A stretch of DNA of 36,401 bases from a virus, in the IMG/VR virus record IMGVR_UViG_3300022658_000006. One strand, written 5' to 3'. Positions 25,184-31,173 of the stretch are shown one piece after another. A program made the position numbers and the translations under genes. Numbering within the stretch: the stretch's first letter is position 1; each line of letters opens with the position of its first letter. The notes beneath the pieces are model-generated. The model searched no databases, had not been told where the DNA came from, and saw nothing but the letters and a program-made list of their open reading frames with translations.

Positions 25184-25525
25184 TCAAACCGGATTTTTGG
25201 ACATGACCGAATCGACAGTCGAACCGGTTGACCTTTTGGCACCGGATTTTTCGACATGACGCGATTCTGGGGGCAAAAACGAAGCGTGTAGCGCGGGGGC
25301 CAGTGCTTCGACCATGCCGAGAACGTCAAAAAGACGAAGCACGGCCGCACCGGGTTGACGTTCACCGCTGCACCACTTCCGAAGGGTGAACACGGGCACC
25401 CCCAGATAATCGGCGGCTTCGCGTTCGTCAAGGTTCAGGCGGTGCATGGTGTCACGGACCCGGGCTGCGAAGGTGTCGGGGGCGGGATTAGGGCGGGGGC
25501 TGCGGGGCTTTCGGGTATTTGTCAT
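25184..25525 (-). CDS. XRE/MqsA-type HTH regulator
   Basis: LNLDEREAADYLGVPVFTLRKWCSGERQPGAAVLRLFDVL is an HTH with the typical RKWE-G-R-P-G tail. GGAGAA RBS. The last ~30 codons run across DNA repeats and may be incidental. Confidence 0.65.
   Translation of the reverse strand: MTNTRKPRSPRPNPAPDTFAARVRDTMHRLNLDEREAADYLGVPVFTLRKWCSGERQPGAAVLRLFDVLGMVEALAPALHASFLPPESRHVEKSGAKRSTGSTVDSVMSKNPV
25188..25260. repeat. Two 20-bp direct repeats flanking palindromes
   Basis: ACCGGATTTTTGGACATGAC (25188-25207) and ACCGGATTTTTCGACATGAC (25241-25260) match at 19/20 and are 53 bp apart. Between them lie TCGACAGTCGA (25212-25222) and AACCGGTT (25222-25229). Confidence 0.8.
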
Positions 25526-25593
25526 GGTGTAGGGTTCTCCGGGGTCAGAAAACCCGGCACGGGGCCGGGTTCGGGGTTTCAGGGGGTCAGGGG

Positions 25594-25668
25594 TTACAGG
25601 TCGAGAAACTTCTCAATGGCGGGGAGCAAAAGCGCCCCGACAATGGCGATAAGTAGGGCGGTGAACAT
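25594..25668 (-). CDS. Hydrophobic micro-protein (24 aa)
   Basis: MFTALLIAIVGALLLPAIEKFLDL. The ATG overlaps the upstream TGA (TGATG). It is below the ORF-track size cutoff. Confidence 0.4.
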   Translation of the reverse strand: MFTALLIAIVGALLLPAIEKFLDL

Positions 25669-25850
25669 CAGCGCCCCCGGGCTTCTTTGCGGCCCTGTTC
25701 AATCAGTGCCCGGGCTTCTGTCTGGTCCTCCGGGGTTTCACTGGTCAACATGGCGCGGATTTTGTGGGCCACGGCCCGGGCTGCATCAAGGCTGCGGGCG
25801 GCTTCGTACTTGTGCCCGGCGTTCACGTAATCGGCGGGGGCATGGTTCAT
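25668..25850 (-). CDS. Hypothetical protein (60 aa)
   Basis: ATGA overlap with the upstream gene. Helical, charged. Confidence 0.5.
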   Translation of the reverse strand: MNHAPADYVNAGHKYEAARSLDAARAVAHKIRAMLTSETPEDQTEARALIEQGRKEARGR

Positions 25851-26179
25851 TCTGCGGCCCCCTTCTCAATAGCCTCAAAAATCACGGACTTGTCGTAGTC
25901 GTTCGACACCGAAGGGGCGGGGTATTCCCCGGCCAGTCGGGCGAAGCAGTCATAAAAGAATTCTTTGTACTGGTCCGGGTTTCCGTTCTGGTTCTCCCAC
26001 TGGGTCAGCGAATCGTCGGCGGCTTCGTCCTTCACTCGCTCCAGTTCCTCGGCCAGTTGGTAACGTTCGGCGGTCAGTGCGTCGATACGGGCGAACAGTT
26101 CGGCGGCCATTGTGAAGCCCTCGGCGTATGCGATTCGTTCGGCTTCAGTGGCGGGAAGGTTCAAAAGGTTCAGGGGCAT
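25847..26179 (-). CDS. Hypothetical acidic protein (110 aa)
   Basis: GGAG lies 7 nt upstream of the ATG. E/D-rich. Confidence 0.6.
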   Translation of the reverse strand: MPLNLLNLPATEAERIAYAEGFTMAAELFARIDALTAERYQLAEELERVKDEAADDSLTQWENQNGNPDQYKEFFYDCFARLAGEYPAPSVSNDYDKSVIFEAIEKGAAE

Positions 26180-26195
26180 GATTTTCTCCAGTGGG

Positions 26196-26423
26196 TTAGG
26201 CGGTTACTTTGCGGAAAAAGGCACGGGCGCGGGTCAACAAGTCGAAGCACTCCCAGACAAACCGGCCCCGGTTATCGTCCCGGGCTTGAACGTGCCATAC
26301 AACACCATCACGAAACAGGCGAACTTCCCCGTTTTCGGTTTGCAGTGGGCGGGTTTCGACATAACCACAGGCGAGGGCGTAAGCGGTAAGGGTACCGTTC
26401 TTGTTGTAGAACTTGGGGTTCAT
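26196..26423 (-). CDS. Hypothetical protein (75 aa)
   Basis: GAGGAG is followed after 7 nt by ATG 26423 (MNPKFYNKNGTLTAYALACGYVE...). The track start at 26531 overlaps the upstream gene and adds low-complexity sequence. Confidence 0.6.
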   Translation of the reverse strand: MNPKFYNKNGTLTAYALACGYVETRPLQTENGEVRLFRDGVVWHVQARDDNRGRFVWECFDLLTRARAFFRKVTA

Positions 26424-26427
26424 GGCG

Positions 26428-26988
26428 TCACTCCTCGATGAAGAAGAAGAAGAACGAGGCGTAGCGGCAAAGGGTGTCGCTGTCCGCGCCGAAGTAATGG
26501 GTCCACGGGGTGCCCCAGTCCTGATACTCAAGCCACGCCCTGCACGGTTCGCCCCGGTTCAGTTCCCCGCGAATCTGGACGGCTGGCCCGCCAGTACAGA
26601 GAAGAATCCGGAATTCACCGGCGGTCAGTTCTTCGCCGGGGCTGGCCCAGTCGCTGCGCACTTCGACAGAGAGAGGGTCTTCTTGGATTCGCTGGCGGGC
26701 GTCTTCTTCGTCGGTGCAGTTACCCGCTGCGGCTTCAAGTTCGGCCAGTTCGCGGCCCATGTCGTAGAAATAAATCAGGTCTTCGCCCGGGTTCGTGGTG
26801 TAGTCGCTGGGGTACTCTGCGCGGCCAAGTTCGGCGGCTTTGCGTTCTTCGCCTTCCAGTGCGTCAAAGTCGTCCCGCAGTTCTTGCAGGCGGCCATAGT
26901 CGCACTCGACTGCGGCCAGCATGTCAACAATGCTGGAATACTGCGCGGCGGCTTGATCTTCGGCGCGGTCTTTGGTTCGGTTCGTCAT
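26428..26988 (-). CDS. Strongly acidic early protein (186 aa), unknown function
   Basis: By hand count, 41 D/E against about 17 K/R. Conserved-looking core LLCTGGPAVQIRGELNRGEPCRAWLEYQDWGTPW. The C-terminal FFFFF is encoded by (TTC)5. Confidence 0.65.
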   Translation of the reverse strand: MTNRTKDRAEDQAAAQYSSIVDMLAAVECDYGRLQELRDDFDALEGEERKAAELGRAEYPSDYTTNPGEDLIYFYDMGRELAELEAAAGNCTDEEDARQRIQEDPLSVEVRSDWASPGEELTAGEFRILLCTGGPAVQIRGELNRGEPCRAWLEYQDWGTPWTHYFGADSDTLCRYASFFFFFIEE

Positions 26989-27186
26989 GGTGTCAGTCCT
27001 TTACGGTTACGGGTTACAGGGAAAACAGAAACACGGTCAACAGGTACAGGGCACCCAGTGCGAACGCTGCACCCACCCAAATCATCAGCGGGGAAGGTTC
27101 TTCAGCCTTCAGGGGTTCGGGGTGCAGATCAATGTAGGTCAGGGAGTGGCGGTTCATGGTGTCAGTCCTTTACTGTTACGGGTTAC
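26986..27186. repeat. Duplicated 32-bp translation-initiation region
   Basis: 26986-27017 and 27155-27186 match at 31/32. On the minus strand the sequence is GTAACCCGTAAC(C/A)GTAAAGGACTGACACCATG. Each copy supplies the RBS and ATG of a different gene. Confidence 0.85.
27014..27157 (-). CDS. Small membrane protein (47 aa)
   Basis: MNRHSLTYIDLHPEPLKAEEPSPLMIWVGAAFALGALYLLTVFLFSL. Its RBS and ATG are identical to those of the 186-aa gene. It is below the ORF-track size cutoff. Confidence 0.5.
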   Translation of the reverse strand: MNRHSLTYIDLHPEPLKAEEPSPLMIWVGAAFALGALYLLTVFLFSL

Positions 27187-27195
27187 GGTGCAGTT

Positions 27196-27224
27196 AATGT
27201 AACCCACTGGGTTTGAGTTGTCAA
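27196..27224 (-). promoter_or_regulatory. Internal sigma70-type promoter with a palindromic motif in the spacer
   Basis: On the minus strand: TTGACA (27224-27219), 17-nt spacer, TACATT (27201-27196). The spacer begins with ACCCAGTGGGT (27212-27202). The -35 box contains the stop codon of the upstream gene. Confidence 0.5.
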
Positions 27225-27757
27225 GCACTTTTTGACCCATTGGGGAAAATCCCTAGACGATGCGCAAAAATCGCGGCGTCTCGTTCTTCCTTGCTGGAAA
27301 AGTAGCCAAGGTGAAGCAAGCCATCAGGGGTGCGCACTCGGGCGCGGTATCGAACAGGCGCGGGCACTCGCTTGACCCACTCGCCAGTCATCAGGAAGTG
27401 GCGAAGGATTGAAGCGGACACAATGCGCCCGTCATAACTGACCCGTTCGCCGCAGACAGTCACGTATTCGCGCACCATCTCCCCGGCTTCGTTCGATGTG
27501 CGCCAGTGTTCAACATGGACCAGCGCACCATCCCGCACTTCATAGCCCGCGCCTGTCTTTTCCCAGACGACACTGCTCGGACGTTTTCGCGGGCGTCCCT
27601 GTTTCTTCTCAGTCAGCGCGGCCGGGTCTTTGCGCTTTCCTTGCCGGACTTCGAGCATCCATTCGAGTTTGTCTGTCTCCATCTGCTCGATGTCGTCCAT
27701 GCCTAAATCGGGGAAGGCTGCATAAACGGCGTCTTCCAGTGCTTCGCGGTTTCTCAT
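27221..27757 (-). CDS. DNA-binding protein with AT-hook and AP2-like domain (first early gene)
   Basis: KKQGRPRKRP is an AT-hook. YRARVRTPDGLLHLGYFSSKEERDAAIFAHRLG is AP2-like. ATG 27757 was chosen because the track start at 27820 lies inside or upstream of the predicted promoter. Confidence 0.6.
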   Translation of the reverse strand: MRNREALEDAVYAAFPDLGMDDIEQMETDKLEWMLEVRQGKRKDPAALTEKKQGRPRKRPSSVVWEKTGAGYEVRDGALVHVEHWRTSNEAGEMVREYVTVCGERVSYDGRIVSASILRHFLMTGEWVKRVPAPVRYRARVRTPDGLLHLGYFSSKEERDAAIFAHRLGIFPNGSKSA

Positions 27758-27791
27758 GGTTTGCCCTTTCTCAGTGTGTCCATGTTCCCGC

Positions 27792-27820
27792 ACTTTAGCA
27801 AGATGGTGACAACAAGTCAA
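27792..27820 (-). promoter_or_regulatory. Sigma70-type leftward early promoter
   Basis: On the minus strand: TTGACT (27820-27815), 17-nt spacer, TAAAGT (27797-27792). An A/T-rich block lies upstream (27830-27890). Confidence 0.5.
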
Positions 27821-27927
27821 GAACTAGGGGTAAATGAATCGGGGGATTCAGAAATAAAAGACTCTTTTCAAATCGTATTGAATCAAGGGTTCGCGTGCGC
27901 GGGAAAGGTGTTTCTGTCGCCGCTGCT

Positions 27928-27976
27928 CACTTCAGCGGGAACACGGGAACAATTTCCCACTTCAGCGGGAACACGG
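27928..27976. repeat. Two perfect 19-bp direct repeats, 30-bp period
   Basis: CACTTCAGCGGGAACACGG at 27928-27946 and 27958-27976. Confidence 0.9.
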
Positions 27977-27981
27977 ACACC

Positions 27982-27997
27982 AGAAACCCGGGTTTCT
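27982..27997. promoter_or_regulatory. Perfect 16-bp palindrome
   Basis: AGAAACCCGGGTTTCT. Confidence 0.85.
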
Positions 27998-28030
27998 CAA
28001 TGGTTGCGCGAATGGCCCCGGACACCCTTA

Positions 28031-28080
28031 CCCACTGGGTGCGCGGGTGCAGTGCGGTGCCGTGCCCACTGGGTGCGCGG
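28031..28080. repeat. Two perfect 16-bp direct repeats, 34-bp period
   Basis: CCCACTGGGTGCGCGG at 28031-28046 and 28065-28080. Each contains the CCCACTGGGT motif. Confidence 0.9.
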
Positions 28081-28258
28081 GGTCTGGGTGTCGGCGATGG
28101 GTGCGGGGATGCTGGGGTGCCCGGGGGTCGCTGGCGGCGAGGGGAGGGGGTAGGGCCAGCGGGACCGATGGTCCGGCTACGTAGGCACCACAGAACCCGT
28201 GAAAATTTTTTCAAAAACCAAAAACCCACTGGGTCCACTTACCCCACGTATTCCCACG

Positions 28259-28287
28259 TTGCACAGATTCCAGCCAAGCTGTACACT
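28259..28287 (+). promoter_or_regulatory. Sigma70-type promoter ahead of terS
   Basis: TTGCAC (28259-28264), 17-nt spacer, TACACT (28282-28287). Phased A-tracts lie upstream at 28201-28224. Confidence 0.45.
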
Positions 28288-28297
28288 CACGCTCACT

Positions 28298-28864
28298 ATG
28301 GAACAAGGAAACCCCCAGTTCGTAGGCACGGTTGTCACCGGTGAAACCCCACTCCCAAACTGGCTGTCGTGCCCAGACCCCAAACCCCCACGGCCCACCA
28401 AGGCCGCGAGAGAACTGTTGCACCTCGAATATGAGCAAATCTTCGAGCGTGTCATCGAGGACATCTACCGGGGCCGCTCCCTGCAATCCCTGATTGAAGA
28501 CGACCCGCGCATCATCTCGTATGAGGACTTCCTGCGCTGGGTCAAGCGCGACCCCCAAAGGAACGAACGATTCAAGGAAGCGCAGGAGATGCGCACCGAG
28601 TTCCTTGCCGGTGAAATCCTAGAGATTGCCGATGGGGTGGAGGCGATTGATCCGTCATCGAGCGATACCGTCAACCGCGACAAGTTGCGCATCGACACGC
28701 GCAAGTGGCTCATGAGTGCCCACAATCGCAAGCGGTACGGGGAGACCAAGCAGATCGAGGTGGGCGGGACGATCTCGATCACTGAGGCGCTGGCGCAGGC
28801 TCAGGCCCGGGTGATTGAGGCCGAGGTGGTCGATGTGACCCCGAGATTGGAGGACAACTCATGA
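28298..28864 (+). CDS. terS: Terminase small subunit
   Basis: RDKLRIDTRKWLMSAHNRKRYGE is a segment typical of phage TerS proteins. The gene sits immediately upstream of terL. ATG 28298 is preferred over the track's GTG 28199, which would translate the A/T tract and a repeat motif. Confidence 0.7.
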   Translation: MEQGNPQFVGTVVTGETPLPNWLSCPDPKPPRPTKAARELLHLEYEQIFERVIEDIYRGRSLQSLIEDDPRIISYEDFLRWVKRDPQRNERFKEAQEMRTEFLAGEILEIADGVEAIDPSSSDTVNRDKLRIDTRKWLMSAHNRKRYGETKQIEVGGTISITEALAQAQARVIEAEVVDVTPRLEDNS

Positions 28865-28926
28865 CCGTGATCATTGGTGCAGCCATCGTGCTGTTCGTGA
28901 CCTACGTGGCTGAAAGGCTCTGGTGA
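28861..28926 (+). CDS. Hydrophobic micro-protein (21 aa)
   Basis: MTVIIGAAIVLFVTYVAERLW. The ATG overlaps the terS TGA. Confidence 0.3.
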   Translation: MTVIIGAAIVLFVTYVAERLW

Positions 28927-29081
28927 TTCACGTCTATCCGCTCAACGACTTGCGCGACCACATTATTGAAGGTCGTGACTGCTGGTGTCATCCCGAGTAC
29001 GACGAGGAGCACGATGTGCTGATCCACAACTCACTCGATGGTCGTGAAAAGTATGAAACCGGGGAACTGAAGGAACACTGA
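28923..29081 (+). CDS. Small Cys/His protein (52 aa)
   Basis: The GTG start overlaps the upstream stop. (M)IHVYPLNDLRDHIIEGRDCWCHPEYDEEHDVLIHNSLDGRE is a recurrent small phage protein pattern upstream of terL. Its TGA overlaps the terL ATG. Confidence 0.5.
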   Translation: MIHVYPLNDLRDHIIEGRDCWCHPEYDEEHDVLIHNSLDGREKYETGELKEH

Positions 29082-30625
29082 TGCAGAAGATGCGCTACTC
29101 GCCCGAGGAGGAGCAACTGCTGATGTCGCAGTTGTGGAGTCCTGCGATCAAGGACGACCCCGAGGCATTCGTGCTGTTCGCGTTCCCGTGGGGGCAGAAG
29201 AACACCCCACTCGAACACTTCAAGGCACCCCGGGCGTGGCAGCGCAGGACGCTGCGGCGCATACGGGACTTCATCCGTGAGAACCGGGGCAAGCTGACCG
29301 AGGGTGATCTGATTGACGCACTCAGGCGGGCAGTGTCGTCCGGCCGGGGTGTCGGAAAATCGGCACTCGTGTCGTGGTTGATCCTGTGGATGCTGACAAC
29401 CCGGATCGGGTCGTCAGTTATCGTGTCGGCCAACAGCGAGAACCAGTTGCGCAAAGTGACATGGGGTGAACTGACCAAGTGGGTCACGATGGCGATCAAC
29501 GCCCACTGGTGGGAACCCACGGCTACCTCGCTCAACCCGGCCGCTTGGTTGACGGAACTGGTCGAGCGTGACCTCAAGAAGGGCACCCGGTACTGGGGTG
29601 CCGAGGGGAAACTGTGGAGCGAGGAGAACCCAGACGCCTACGCCGGTGTTCACAACATGGACGGCATGATGGTGATCTTCGACGAAGCCTCGGGTATCCC
29701 GGACAGCATCTGGTCCGTGGCTGCGGGCTTCTTTACCGAGAACATTTTGGACAGGTACTGGTTTGCGTTCTCCAACGGTCGTCGCAACACCGGGTACTTC
29801 TACGAGGCCGTGGACGGCAACAAGCGCGACTTCTGGGAGTCCGAGAAGATCGACGCCCGCACCGTCGAAGGCACCGACAAGTCGATCTATCAGCAGATCA
29901 TCGAGGAGTACGGCGAGGACTCCGACGAGGCCCGGGTCGAGGTCTATGGGGATTTCCCTAAGTCCGGTCAAGACCAGTTCATCGCACCCCATCTCGTCGA
30001 TGACGCCATGAAGCGGGAGCAGTGGAAAGACATGACCGCGCCCGTGATCATCGGGGTAGACCCCGCCCGGGGTGGCATGGACTCCACCGTGATCGCCGTT
30101 CGCCGAGGGCGTGACATCGTGGCGATTAAGCGGTTCCGAGGTGACGACACCATGACCACGGTCGGGCACGTCATCGACGCCATCGAGGAATACCGGCCAG
30201 CCCTGACGGTGATCGACGAGGGAGGTCTGGGCTACGGCATCCTTGACAGACTGACCGAGCAGAAGTACAAAGTGCGCGGGGTGAACTTTGGCTGGAAGGC
30301 CAAAAACCCGATCATGTGGGGCAACAAACGCGCCGAGATTTGGGGAGCCATGCGTGACTGGCTGAAAACAGCCAGTATCCCGAAGGACCGGCTGCTCAAA
30401 GCCGATCTGACTGGACCCATGAAGAAACCCAACTCCGCTGGGACCATTTTTCTTGAGGGCAAGAAGGAAATGAAAGCACGAGGAATCGCATCGCCAGACG
30501 CCGCTGATGCGATCGCAGTGACTTTTGCGTACCCTGTCGCGCATCGAGAGTACAATGACCGCGTGGTGACCCGCCGATTCAACGCACAAAACGGGTCTGT
30601 TTCAACCAGTTGGATGGGAAGCTGA
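29081..30625 (+). CDS. terL: Terminase large subunit
   Basis: 514 aa. Walker A GRGVGKS, Walker B MVIFDEASGI, and a C-terminal nuclease-type region (VIGVDPARGGMDSTVIAV). Confidence 0.9.
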   Translation: MQKMRYSPEEEQLLMSQLWSPAIKDDPEAFVLFAFPWGQKNTPLEHFKAPRAWQRRTLRRIRDFIRENRGKLTEGDLIDALRRAVSSGRGVGKSALVSWLILWMLTTRIGSSVIVSANSENQLRKVTWGELTKWVTMAINAHWWEPTATSLNPAAWLTELVERDLKKGTRYWGAEGKLWSEENPDAYAGVHNMDGMMVIFDEASGIPDSIWSVAAGFFTENILDRYWFAFSNGRRNTGYFYEAVDGNKRDFWESEKIDARTVEGTDKSIYQQIIEEYGEDSDEARVEVYGDFPKSGQDQFIAPHLVDDAMKREQWKDMTAPVIIGVDPARGGMDSTVIAVRRGRDIVAIKRFRGDDTMTTVGHVIDAIEEYRPALTVIDEGGLGYGILDRLTEQKYKVRGVNFGWKAKNPIMWGNKRAEIWGAMRDWLKTASIPKDRLLKADLTGPMKKPNSAGTIFLEGKKEMKARGIASPDAADAIAVTFAYPVAHREYNDRVVTRRFNAQNGSVSTSWMGS

Positions 30626-30626
30626 A

Positions 30627-30773
30627 ATGGCAACGAAATCGTTTGAAAAATCCAAAAAAGATACCGAGCGTAAGTCTTTTGGTAAAGAAGGCAGCAGACG
30701 CGAGGAAACTGCTGACAAGCGCCAATCTCAGTCAAAACCGCAACCTAAGGGAAGAAAATCACCATGCCGTTGA
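30627..30773 (+). CDS. Small basic hydrophilic protein (48 aa), tentative
   Basis: ATG 2 nt after the terL stop. K/R/S/E-rich. It overlaps the next ORF by 10 nt. Confidence 0.3.
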   Translation: MATKSFEKSKKDTERKSFGKEGSRREETADKRQSQSKPQPKGRKSPCR

Positions 30774-30928
30774 CCAAATCCACCTCGAAAAACGCTTTCC
30801 GCAAGAACGTCAAGGCTGAAATCGCTAGCGGAAAGCCGGTCAAACAGGCCGTTGCCATCGCGTACAGCGTCAAGCGAGAAGCTGCCAAAAAGGCTCCCTC
30901 AAAAGCCCCGATGAAGTCCAAAAAATGA
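30764..30928 (+). CDS. Small basic protein (54 aa)
   Basis: MPLTKSTSKNAFRKNVKAEIASGKPVKQAVAIAYSVKREAAKK is a recurrent small phage protein pattern. It is preceded by AAGGGAAG. Its stop overlaps the next ATG. Confidence 0.55.
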   Translation: MPLTKSTSKNAFRKNVKAEIASGKPVKQAVAIAYSVKREAAKKAPSKAPMKSKK

Positions 30929-31173
30929 GATTGCAAGCCACTCAAGACTGCCTGATCGTGCGTCCCGACATGGAGAAACACGACCTTTTCATCCTCTTGC
31001 GACAGAAACAAACGGGCACCGGTGTGGTTGTTTCCGCTGGCCCGGACGCCAAGGACGTGAAAGTGGGCGACCGGGTGCTGTTTGGAGATTCCATTGGTCA
31101 AGACCTGACGTGGGAAGGTGAAGACTTACTGGTAATGCGTGAATCTCACACACTTGGGGTCTTCGACGCGTGA
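30925..31173 (+). CDS. GroES/Cpn10-like co-chaperonin
   Basis: 82 aa. LQATQDCLIVRPD aligns with GroES IRPLHDRVIVKRK. GVVVSAGPDAKDVKVGDRVLFGD...EDLLVMRESHTLGVFDA aligns with GEVLAVGNG...DVKVGDIVIFND...EEVLIMSESDILAIVEA. Confidence 0.7.
   Translation: MRLQATQDCLIVRPDMEKHDLFILLRQKQTGTGVVVSAGPDAKDVKVGDRVLFGDSIGQDLTWEGEDLLVMRESHTLGVFDA

Noticed and set aside
25355-27216. Plus-strand ORFs 25355..26389 and 26413..27216 opposite the early accessory arm
   Set aside because: They have a G/R/P-rich shadow composition. The minus-strand genes have coupled starts and stops and good RBSs.
27928-28080. Direct repeats in the control region considered as a CRISPR array
   Set aside because: Each repeat has only two copies. 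The two repeat families differ, the spacers are 11-18 bp, and there are no cas genes. These are regulatory or iteron-type repeats.
28199-28297. GTG 28199 as the terS start
   Set aside because: It would translate the A/T tract, a copy of the ACCCACTGGGT motif and the predicted promoter, and no SD precedes it. It remains possible if the 28259 promoter prediction is wrong.
30610-30819. Track ORF 30610..30819 (69 aa)
   Set aside because: It overlaps the terL 3' end, has no RBS, and competes with two better-supported small ORFs in other frames (30627..30773 and 30764..30928).
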